The notes under the pieces were generated by a model. It was not told the DNA's origin, ran no database searches, and worked only from the letters and a program-made list of their open reading frames with translations. From positions 1,080,001 through 1,112,000 of the forward strand of contig OY780959.1 in assembly GCA_963675915.1 (NCBI GenBank): 32,000 nt of DNA, read 5' to 3'. Numbering within the stretch: position 1 is the first letter of the stretch; each line of letters starts with the position of its first letter. Source of the stretch: Coprobacillaceae bacterium (GTDB lineage Bacteria; Bacillota_I; Bacilli_A; Erysipelotrichales; Coprobacillaceae). A program made the position numbers and the translations under genes. Positions 1-8,575 of the stretch are shown here, piece after piece.

Positions 1-2092
1 CCTTGTTGTCAACAATGGTAGCTACTCCGTTTTCAGGTACGCTGACAGTTGCGATTTTTAGACTAGTAGTTTCAATATCACTATCATTTGCTAAAACATC
101 AATCGTAACTTCCTGATTAAGATAAGTTTTAGCTGCGTCATCAGTTAATACCGGTTTGTCATTGACATTGGTTACATTGATAACGACCGTAGCAGTCGCT
201 TCATAACAGCTATCAGTAACTGTGTACTTGAAGGTATCCACACCATAGAAATCTTTGGCAGGCGTGTATTTGAGCCCGTTTCCGGCTTTGACTACTGTTC
301 CATGAGACGGTTTGGTGAATGATTTGATGGTCAAGTTGCTGTCGACATCGACATCATTAGCCAGAACATCTATAGTCACGGCTTTTTCTTCTTGAGTAGT
401 AGCAGCATCATTACTTGCTACCGGTTGATCGTTGACTGGATTTACGGTCAACTCGGCTGAAGCCGAAGCTGTCGCTCCCAGTTCATCTGCAATTGTATAT
501 TCAAAGCTGATAGTTCCGTTGAAATCTTTTGCTGGAGAGAAGGTAACAACCCCAGCTTCAAGCGTCAAGACTCCGGCTTTTGGATTGGAAAGTCCGGTTA
601 CTTCAACCACTTCCAGGGTATCGCCCAATTCAGTGGCGATATCACTATCACTGTCATTAGCCAAAACCGCCAAAGTGGTTGCATTGTCATCCTCGGTCAA
701 GGCATAACTGTCGTTAGCCGCTTCTGGTGCGGTATTCATTAGTGTTTCCACTTCGATAGTGGTTGTTTGGATATTGCCAGCTTGGTCTTTGGCTTCAACT
801 CGGATCTCCGCCACTTCACCACGCTTATAGCCAGTCAAGGTTTGGTCGACTGTTTCAAGCCAATTTGACCATTGATGACCGTCGAAGATCCGGTAACTTG
901 AAGCTGCCATTCCTGACATCAAGTCAGTAGTCGCTGCTTGAAGGTCAATTGTGCCAATTGTCGTACTTGACGCCGTGATTGCAAAAGCTTCTGGCGCTTC
1001 AAGATCCACGTTGATAATCACTGAATCAATCGCTGAAATATTTCCAGCCTGATCAATACTGCGAACTGCCAAAGAGTACTTACCTGATTTGGTGAAAGTA
1101 TAGATTGTGCCATCAAGCCATTCGCCACCATCAATTTGGTATTGATATTTGGCAATCCCACTGGTAGCGTCAGTCGCTCCGCTCAGGGTTACTGTCACAT
1201 TGTCAGTCGCCCAAGTTCCTGCTTGGTATGCTACTCCACCTGATTGCATGGTAATTAGTGGAGTAGTTGGATTAGTCTGATCGATTGAAACCGTTTTGGT
1301 AACAACCACTGACTGGCCGCTGGCATCAGTAACTTTGAAGTAAACCATATGGATTCCATCACTGTCCAGTTCAATGCGGTTGCCTGATTGGTAGTTGCTG
1401 CCATCCAATGAATATTGGTAAATCAAATCAGCAGCCAGAGTCATATTATCGGTCGCATTGATTGCCGATACGATAATATTTTTATCAGTCCAACTACCAT
1501 CAAGGTATTCCGGTGAAGTAAGCATTTCCGGAGCCAGTGGGGCTTCCAGGTCGACTTTAATCGATTTGGTTCCTACTGCCGAAATGTTTCCGGCATTGTC
1601 AATACTGCGATAGTTTACTGTATATTCACCCGAATCGGTGAAAGTAGAAGTAGTACCATCAATCCACTGACCATTGTCAATTTGATATTGATATTTGGCA
1701 ACCCCACTGGTAGCATCGGTTGCTTCACTTAAGGTAAAAGTAACCCTATCAGTCGCCCAAGTTCCTGCTTGATAAGCCGCTTCGCCACTAGTCATGGTAA
1801 TAGTCGGCATTGAAGAAACTGTCTGGTCGATTTTGATGGTTTTATCAACCACGGTTGTTTGACCGCTGCCATCAATGACTTTGAAATACACTGTTTGGAT
1901 TCCATCATCAGTTAACTCAACTGAGTTGCCTGAAAGATAATTAATGCCATCCAAGGAGTATTGATAGATTAGTTCATTTGTAGGCGTCAAATCATCTGTT
2001 GATCCCGCTGCGGTTACGGTAATTGCTTGGTTGGTCCAAGTCCCGTCCACATAATCCGGTGAAGTCGAGATAATTGGCGCCGTTGGTGCGTC
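1..2092 (-). pseudogene. Downstream part of the giant surface-protein gene. It is in frame with 2093..5110, separated only by a TAG, and stays open to the left window edge (at least 697 codons).
   Basis: The minus-strand frame with codons at 2..2092 has no stop. The track lists no complete minus ORF here, consistent with one frame running off the edge. My translation continues the same repeat series (DAPTAPIISTSPDYVDGTWTNQAITVTAAGSTDD..., ...KSIKVDLEAPLAPE..., ...INVDLEAPEAF...). It then shows an FN3-like module and cadherin-like repeats (VNDQP / VNDKP, LANDSD / LANDVD) at about 1..720. Confidence 0.7.
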
Positions 2093-2647
2093 CTAGTCAA
2101 TCTTGATTGCTTTGGTTCCCACCAAAGAGATATTACCGGCCTGGTCGACACTACGATAAGCCAGGCTATATTCTCCCGATTCAAAGAAACTTAAAGTAGC
2201 ACTGTCAACCCAGGCTCCATCATCAATTTGATATTGATATTTGGCGATCCCACTGGTCGCATCAAGTGCCTTACCGATAGTAACATCGACTTCGGCGTTC
2301 GCCCAAGTTCCCGCTTGATAAGTAGTTTCTTGCGATACTAAGGTAATCTCCGGCATGGTTGGGGCTACTGCATCTTTATTTACAATGTAAGTTGCTATCG
2401 CGGAGATATTGCCGCTTTGATCGACAGTTCTAAAATACACATTATAAGTGCCGTCTTCACTAAATTCAATTGTTGAACCGTTAGCGAAGTCGGTTCCATC
2501 AGTTGAAACCTGATAAATCAAATCGGCAGCTGCCGTGAAATTGTCAGTTGAACCACTCGCGGTAACTGTCACTGCTTGATTAGTCCAAGCCCCTGACTGG
2601 TAACCTTTTGGGCCGGCCGTCAAGGTCGGCATGGTTGGTGCTTCGTT
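1004..2647 (-). repeat. Three tandem coding repeat units of 546-552 bp inside the adhesin gene. Each unit is a pair of ~90-aa Ig-like modules.
   Basis: Unit boundaries fall at homologous codons 2645-2647 (AAC), 2093-2095 (TAG), 1547-1549 (CTG) and 1001-1003 (CTT), each followed by (E/D)AP. Long near-identical DNA stretches occur at roughly 1130-1250, 1670-1790 and 2215-2330. Confidence 0.8.
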
Positions 2648-5110
2648 GTCAATCAGATAGAAAGGTCCAAAGTAACCGACTTTTTCATTACCGGCATAAT
2701 CATAGGCTTGGTAATGAACATAGTAAGTTCCCGGTTGTCCTATTAAGAGACTATAAGAACTGTTGGTCCCCATTGAACCCCAGTTAGTAGGCGTAGCGGT
2801 AGTTCCGGTTACAACCGCAAAACGATGCGAGAAGCCGCTGCCATTTGGTTCATCCAAAAAATTCAAAGTGATCACTTGAGGATCAGTGTAGCTGCCACTA
2901 GCTGTGTCCACTGTCGCAGTCGGGGCCACTTTATCATCAACGATAGTGACAAAACGAGCTACTGGTTGCGACCAGATTCCAGCCGAGTTTTTGACTTCCA
3001 GGGAAATCTTGTATTCACCGGTACCTTGACTGGAAAAATCAGTCATCGGAGTGGCTCCTTGATAGATTTTGGTGCTTCCGGCTTCAACCGTCCATAATTT
3101 TTCGCTGATTGTCCCACCCTGAGGATCGTATGAAGTATCTTGGTAGGCAATTGTATTTTGATTGTTGTAGCGCAATAATCGCGTTGGCGTCACTGAAAAT
3201 TCCGCCATTGGATTAAGCGTCAGCTGTGATTTGGTGGAAACAAAACGACAATACGGATCGCTGGTAACGCCATATTCATCACTGACCACTTGTTTGATGA
3301 TATAGTTGGTCTCATCCGCCAAAGTTGTCGGCTTTCCAGTAATCCAAATTGCTGAACTTGCTTCGCGATATGACCAAGCTACCGCTTTGATTCCACGATC
3401 AGCGGTGAACAAAGCGTCCCAGTCATAGGAATTGTCAGACAAAGTGACTTTGTTGTTGTCATCAAGAGTTACTGCAAAACCAGCTTCAGGTTTACGATGA
3501 ACATAAACCGTTTTGACAATTTCATCCATATAGTAGATATCATATTTCCCGGTCTGGGTGAATGAAACATCAAGATTGTTTAAGCGGATATTGTCATAAG
3601 GGACAGTTCCGGTAGGATTTTCATAATAATCCGGATCATGATCGATCAGCCATTTCCCAACAGGCCACTGTACATCACTGGTATTGGTTTGAACTGTTTC
3701 TGGAGTGATTGACAGGGAACTTGGTTTGCCATAAAGCAAATGTTCCGTATCATTGACTACGCTGTTGATGTATTGGTCATAGATATATTGAGCCATAGCC
3801 TCAATCTGTTCATAGTAGGTATCGGTAGTGGCAGCGTCTTTGTCGACAAAGTAACCACCATTATTGTTTTTAGCAATAAATGAGTTGCCATCTTGATCGT
3901 CGCGCCCCCAACCGATATAATCGATATTTTCATTAGCCAACCGGGCAATGATTTCCCCTAAGGCATCATTATCAGAGAAGTCCGCTTCGGCTCCGTCTTG
4001 AGCATTGATGACAAAGCGTTTTGATTCATCACGCCAGTTTGGTTCCCTGATTACTTCCGAGAATTTACGGGCAGAAGTTGTCGTCATCTGCAAGTTTTCA
4101 AAGTTGAACCATGACAGCATTGAACAGCTATGTCCAGCCGTTTTGTAGATTCCTACTGGCCCAAAACCGAATGATCCGGTATTCATCAAACCACTGTCGG
4201 TGTATGAAAGCGTCTTGGTGACTGTCCCGACCGTATCAGCCATGGTCACGGTATCTCCGCTGACTTCCATGGTGATTGAATGGGTTCCCTTGAGAATATT
4301 GGAACTAAACAGTTTTAAAACCGTAACTCCAGCTCCCGGATTAGAGGGATTCATGAAGTCATTGACATTAGTCGAGTCATGGAAATTCTGCATGCTGACA
4401 TTGTTGATTTTATAAAGAATCGGATATGAACCACTTGACGTTTTATACATCATCATCAAATAACCCGTAAAATACTGTTGATTCAAGGCGGCATCAGTCA
4501 CCGTTGAATTTTTAGTCAAGGTTTGGTTTTGATATTTATCGAGATTAGTGATTTGGGCATTGAAGACAAAGCCGCCCCCAAACATACTATGGTTATTGAC
4601 ATTGTTGTCATCCATCGTGAAAGTAAAGGTCTTTTTAGTTGAATCGGTGTTAGGCATGTACATCAAATCGACAAACGGATAATCCCCATAACCATAGAAA
4701 GTGATCTGGTCACCCCCTTTTTTGACGATAATATGGTTGGTTCCACTATAGATTGAATCCGCTCCGGGATAACTTTGCTCCCTGAAGTTGCCATAATGGT
4801 CATAGACATACCATCCTGAAGTCGTATTTCCGGCACTGACATCATTCGATTGGATTGATTGGATGGCAATATTTTCTTCCGGTACCCCCAAATCAACCAA
4901 GGCATCAGTCAGATCCCCGTCGAATGAGGATACATCCGAATCGGTGTTACCCAAAGTCAAAACCACATCCAGCAAATCATCCTGAGCGATATTGATATCG
5001 ATAACCTGATTGCCAGCCGCCAAGACCTGACCACTCCCCGTAGCCGTAGTAAAGCCGACCAATAGTGAAAAAGTCACGATGGCCGTTACTGCCCGTCTAA
5101 GTAAATTCAT
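2093..5110 (-). CDS. Large secreted surface/adhesin-like protein, N-terminal 1005 aa: signal peptide, lectin-like N-domain, then Ig-like repeat modules. Ends at TAG 2093-2095.
   Basis: Complete ORF in the track. ATG at 5110 is preceded by a GGGAGAG RBS. N-terminal signal peptide MNLLRRAVTAIVTFSLLVGFTTATG. The C-terminal part is built of ~90-aa modules with the Y(R/F)(S/T)VDQ(A/S)GNIS signature typical of bacterial Ig-like surface domains. Confidence 0.8.
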   Translation of the reverse strand: MNLLRRAVTAIVTFSLLVGFTTATGSGQVLAAGNQVIDINIAQDDLLDVVLTLGNTDSDVSSFDGDLTDALVDLGVPEENIAIQSIQSNDVSAGNTTSGWYVYDHYGNFREQSYPGADSIYSGTNHIIVKKGGDQITFYGYGDYPFVDLMYMPNTDSTKKTFTFTMDDNNVNNHSMFGGGFVFNAQITNLDKYQNQTLTKNSTVTDAALNQQYFTGYLMMMYKTSSGSYPILYKINNVSMQNFHDSTNVNDFMNPSNPGAGVTVLKLFSSNILKGTHSITMEVSGDTVTMADTVGTVTKTLSYTDSGLMNTGSFGFGPVGIYKTAGHSCSMLSWFNFENLQMTTTSARKFSEVIREPNWRDESKRFVINAQDGAEADFSDNDALGEIIARLANENIDYIGWGRDDQDGNSFIAKNNNGGYFVDKDAATTDTYYEQIEAMAQYIYDQYINSVVNDTEHLLYGKPSSLSITPETVQTNTSDVQWPVGKWLIDHDPDYYENPTGTVPYDNIRLNNLDVSFTQTGKYDIYYMDEIVKTVYVHRKPEAGFAVTLDDNNKVTLSDNSYDWDALFTADRGIKAVAWSYREASSAIWITGKPTTLADETNYIIKQVVSDEYGVTSDPYCRFVSTKSQLTLNPMAEFSVTPTRLLRYNNQNTIAYQDTSYDPQGGTISEKLWTVEAGSTKIYQGATPMTDFSSQGTGEYKISLEVKNSAGIWSQPVARFVTIVDDKVAPTATVDTASGSYTDPQVITLNFLDEPNGSGFSHRFAVVTGTTATPTNWGSMGTNSSYSLLIGQPGTYYVHYQAYDYAGNEKVGYFGPFYLIDNEAPTMPTLTAGPKGYQSGAWTNQAVTVTASGSTDNFTAAADLIYQVSTDGTDFANGSTIEFSEDGTYNVYFRTVDQSGNISAIATYIVNKDAVAPTMPEITLVSQETTYQAGTWANAEVDVTIGKALDATSGIAKYQYQIDDGAWVDSATLSFFESGEYSLAYRSVDQAGNISLVGTKAIKID

Positions 5111-6006
5111 ATTTCTCTCCCTTTTTTTGATTTAAAAAAAGTTTTCCCTTTCCAAGCTGGAAATCCAACCACCCGGCCCTATCCAAAAGCCAGGCAGTTG
5201 ACTTCCCATGAGTTGTTGCAAAATGAAACGCAGTTGCGCTCTGATTAAGAATACAAAATTAATTAACGGAAGTTGCTTTTTCGCTGATTAATAGCGCAGC
5301 TTATCAATGCTTGTAACCAGAAACAGTTAACGGAAAAATCCCAGGAGACTTATAGGTTACATCAATAATTAATTTGTTACACCCATCGACAAAAAAGCCT
5401 TATTCAACTACATTAGAAGATATTAGATCAGAGCATTTACTCACTTGGAAATGGAAAACCAACACAATATCGAGGGATTTATAGTCGAGAACGACCATAA
5501 ATTACCTCACTATAGTGTTTTTAAACTCATAATTGTTTATAAACGTGTATATTGTGTCCGGTGTCTATTTTATACTTGAATATTCACACCCGTCAACAAT
5601 AATCCGGGAAATAAATTCTTAAGTATTTCTAAAGAAATTACCAGGTATAAACCAATCGTTAATAAATTTTCATTTATTAGCTGATTGCCACTTAAATAAA
5701 TAAGACCCACTAGGCTGTTGCCAAGTACTTTTTTATCTTTTACCAGGATTTGGGCATCATGATTTTAGAGCTTGATTGGCAGTTGCTTGGGCGTCATTTG
5801 GATCATCAAAACCGGACTCTTAATAGCACCACCGGGGTATTCCCCTTCGAGCAGTCACCACTTCCCCGCTCCCTTGACTACCGCTTAGAGGCGCCGATTT
5901 GGATACATCCCTCAATCTATGAAACAATTTGTCCTTTACTTGGATTATCAATAATGATAAATTGATAATAAATACTCACTATTAAACCAAGCAAAGGAGA
6001 CCCGGC

Positions 6007-6873
6007 ATGAAAGACAGACCCAATTTCGATGAAAACCAATATGTCCAGTCAACCCGCTATATGGAAACCCCCAGCCAGTTCATCAAGGATAATTTCCTTT
6101 ATGTCCAGGAAACTGGTTATCTCAAGAGCTTGAAGTCCCATATTTCCAAACGGGAAAACCTCAACTCCTATCTGGTCATCTATGTCCTTGCGGGTGAAGG
6201 TTATTTCACCTATAACAATGCCACCACCAAAGTGGTCACCGGGGCCTGTTTTTTCATCGACTGTTCCCAACCTTATTCCCACCAAAGTACCGATGAAAAT
6301 CCCTGGGAAATCATCTGGGTCCACTTCAATGGGGTGGCCGCTTCGTCCCATTACCAGTATTTCCTTGCCCAAAATCCCAATATCTTCTACAGCAAGGAAC
6401 CAGCTACCGTTAAACTGATTGAACAGTTGATTGATTCCACCAGCAACAAGAACAATGACTATGAGCTGATGAACAATTGTTTGATCACCCAGTTGCTCAC
6501 CACGATCACCAAGGCAATCAAGTCAACTTCGACCAGTCATTCCAAAGAATCAACCTTGGATGACAAACTCAATCAGATCCGCCAGTATATCAACGAGAAT
6601 TTCAGCGAGAAGATCACGCTCGAGGAACTGGCCGGCACTTTCTATATTTCCAAATATTATCTTAGCCGCGAGTTCAAAAACAAATTCGGGATCGGGATCA
6701 CCAACTACATCACCAATCAGCGGATCACCTACGCCAAACGGCTGCTGCGATTCTCCACTAAAACCGTCAATGAAATCGCTGATGAATGTGGGATCGAGGA
6801 TACCACTTATTTCATCAAACAATTCAAAAAAAGCGAGAATATCACCCCGCTTGAATACCGCAGCCGCTGGTAA
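6007..6873 (+). CDS. AraC family transcriptional regulator (N-terminal cupin-type sensor domain, C-terminal dual HTH)
   Basis: AAGGAG RBS before the ATG. The C-terminal region ...ITLEELAGTFYISKYYLSREFKNKFGIGITNYITNQRITYAKRLL...VNEIADECGIEDTTYFIKQFKK is a typical AraC HTH_18. Divergent from the adhesin gene. Confidence 0.9.
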   Translation: MKDRPNFDENQYVQSTRYMETPSQFIKDNFLYVQETGYLKSLKSHISKRENLNSYLVIYVLAGEGYFTYNNATTKVVTGACFFIDCSQPYSHQSTDENPWEIIWVHFNGVAASSHYQYFLAQNPNIFYSKEPATVKLIEQLIDSTSNKNNDYELMNNCLITQLLTTITKAIKSTSTSHSKESTLDDKLNQIRQYINENFSEKITLEELAGTFYISKYYLSREFKNKFGIGITNYITNQRITYAKRLLRFSTKTVNEIADECGIEDTTYFIKQFKKSENITPLEYRSRW

Positions 6874-6946
6874 TAAACTACGCTCGTTGCTGATAATTGC
6901 TTCCACAATGCTCCACATTACCTACCACCAAACTAGGTCATCTATC

Positions 6947-6975
6947 TTGACAAACAGGGTAATTGCCTATACAAT
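6947..6975 (+). promoter_or_regulatory. Sigma-A-type promoter for the MerR gene
   Basis: TTGACA (6947-6952), 17 nt spacer, TACAAT (6970-6975). Confidence 0.6.
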
Positions 6976-7030
6976 GGTGATAATGCAAACCTAGAGTGAA
7001 CTTTAAGTCGAAACTAGATGGAGGTAAGAA

Positions 7031-7486
7031 ATGAACTATACAATTGGTGAAGTGGCTAACTTGCTGGATACCAACGCATCCACAATCAGATATTATGATA
7101 AAGAAGGTTTATTGCCGACGGTTGAACGTGACCGCGGTGGAGCCCGCAAATTCAATGAAGAGGACATCTCATTTCTAAGATTGATCCAATGTCTCAAGGC
7201 ATCGGGAATGCCAATCAAGGATATCAAACAATTCGTCGACTGGACTCTTGATGGTGATGAAACCATCGCCCAACGGCAACAAATGTTCCATAACCAAAAA
7301 CAACGGGTGGAAGAAGAAATGGCCCGTCTGCAACAGACCCTTGATATGGTCAACTACAAATGCTGGTTCTACGACACTGCCGCCGAGCTTGGTTCGACTG
7401 ATATCAGCTGTGTCGACATGCCTGAGGACATCCTCGAAGCCCGGGACCGTTCGGGAATCTATGAAGTGATCAACAAAGAACAATAA
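7031..7486 (+). CDS. MerR family transcriptional regulator
   Basis: N-terminal YTIGEVANLLDTNASTIRYYDKEGLLP...R...GARKF.EEDI..L..I is the MerR HTH signature, followed by a coiled-coil. GGAGG RBS present. Confidence 0.9.
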   Translation: MNYTIGEVANLLDTNASTIRYYDKEGLLPTVERDRGGARKFNEEDISFLRLIQCLKASGMPIKDIKQFVDWTLDGDETIAQRQQMFHNQKQRVEEEMARLQQTLDMVNYKCWFYDTAAELGSTDISCVDMPEDILEARDRSGIYEVINKEQ

Positions 7487-7504
7487 TCTCCAAACAATCA
7501 TCTT

Positions 7505-7527
7505 AGAGGTCATTCGGCCTCTTTTTT
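7505..7527 (+). terminator. Intrinsic terminator after the MerR gene
   Basis: AGAGGTC-attc-GGCCTCT followed by TTTTT. Confidence 0.7.
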
Positions 7528-7549
7528 GTTACATAATCCAGCCGTGCAG

Positions 7550-7578
7550 TTGCCTTTTAATTCTCTTTGGTGTATAAT
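7550..7578 (+). promoter_or_regulatory. Sigma-A-type promoter for the first pilin-like gene
   Basis: TTGCCT (7550-7555), 17 nt spacer, TATAAT (7573-7578), located just after the MerR terminator. Confidence 0.6.
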
Positions 7579-7602
7579 TATACGCAGAAGGAGTTGAATT
7601 GT

Positions 7603-8049
7603 ATGAATAGAGATAATAATGGATTCACTTTGGTCGAAATAATTGTCGTGATCGTCATCATGGCGGTTTTGGCCGCAATCGCAATCCCCTCAGTACTCAG
7701 CTATATCAACGATGCCAACCACGCCAAATATCTGGCCGAAGCCAGAAGTGTCTATCTGACCACCATGGTTGAAGAAGAAATCATCGCCATGGATTCCAAC
7801 GAAAATGTCAAATACCGCTACGAAGAAGATGAAGGTTTTGTCGACACGATGATTATCAACATTAACCAAAGGCTGCATAATATCGATATCCAAGTCACCT
7901 CACTGGCCTATTACGAAGATGCCACTACCGTAGATGATCGTTTGATCCCGGAAAATTCCTATGTCTTCGCGTTCACCAATCAAGATGACCAGGATATCAA
8001 CGCTTTGGCTCAAATCAACAAGGAAATTGAGATCCTCAGCTACCAATAA
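7603..8049 (+). CDS. Prepilin-type N-terminal cleavage/methylation domain protein (type IV pilin / pseudopilin-like)
   Basis: MNRDNNG|FTLVEIIVVIVIMAVLAAIAIPS is the classic G/F(+1)/E(+5) prepilin leader plus hydrophobic helix. ATG 7603 has a GAAGGAG RBS. The longer track ORF (7567) lacks an RBS. Confidence 0.8.
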   Translation: MNRDNNGFTLVEIIVVIVIMAVLAAIAIPSVLSYINDANHAKYLAEARSVYLTTMVEEEIIAMDSNENVKYRYEEDEGFVDTMIININQRLHNIDIQVTSLAYYEDATTVDDRLIPENSYVFAFTNQDDQDINALAQINKEIEILSYQ

Positions 8050-8156
8050 ACTTAATCTGGTCTGGTATCCAGTTCGGATCACCTTAAAACTTTTATCCCC
8101 GGCAAGCGACCAGTTTGTCAGGAAAAATGAAATCCTCATAATCGTCACCTACCTTG

Positions 8157-8182
8157 ATCACCGGATTTTCCGGTGATTTTTT
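8157..8182 (+). terminator. Intrinsic terminator after the first pilin-like gene
   Basis: ATCACCGG-atttt-CCGGTGAT followed by TTTTT. Confidence 0.75.
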
Positions 8183-8575
8183 CTTGGAGCAAACTCCCGC
8201 TAAAGGTTACATATGTCTATTAAATTTAATTTTGTTTAGTATAACACCTATTCCACTGATATTCGCCCAAACTACTGAGCCGAAAAGCTCAATTATCGCT
8301 GTTCCAGCTCGAATCCTCCAAATTATAAGTGTCAATTTGGCGTTGTAATCATCGATATTTATTTGAGTTCGACTTTTATTTCTTAAGATATTCTAAAGAA
8401 AATGCAAATCAGTTGCTTAATTATAGTTATAACTGTAAAATAAATATCAATAACCGGTACAAATGTGTATTGTTATCCCAGGCAATTGTCCTGTTCACTC
8501 CCAATACCCATTGTCCCCAAGCTTGACCGGCTGATATCCATCAGTCGTAGCTACCCCAAAATTAAGGAGCAATAT

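Noticed and set aside
432-707. 91-aa plus-strand ORF at the left end
   Set aside because: It is antisense to the open adhesin reading frame and has a Ser/Ala/Val-rich mirror composition.
2093-2095. TAG as a recoded sense codon (pyrrolysine or a reassigned stop), which would make the adhesin gene intact
   Set aside because: TAG cleanly terminates other well-supported genes here (11504, 13043, 25984). TGA and TAA are also used as stops. No pyl genes or suppressor tRNA are visible. A nonsense mutation or an assembly error is more parsimonious.
5750-5965. 71-aa ORF in the adhesin-araC intergenic region as a real small gene
   Set aside because: It has no RBS and no recognisable sequence. It is kept only as part of the GC-rich island finding (possible RNA or gene remnant).
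8154-8526. Small ORFs (8154..8348, 8329..8526) between the two pilin-like genes
   Set aside because: They lie in AT-rich promoter/leader DNA, lack RBSs, and overlap the terminator of the first pilin gene and the promoter region of the second.
8186-8575. c-di-GMP riboswitch upstream of the pilin-like or adhesin genes, as known for some clostridial pilin and adhesin genes
   Set aside because: I could not find the conserved GEMM-I elements by eye. Only a local 8-bp hairpin (CGGCTGAT/ATCAGTCG at about 8527-8546) is present. This needs an Rfam scan to exclude properly.
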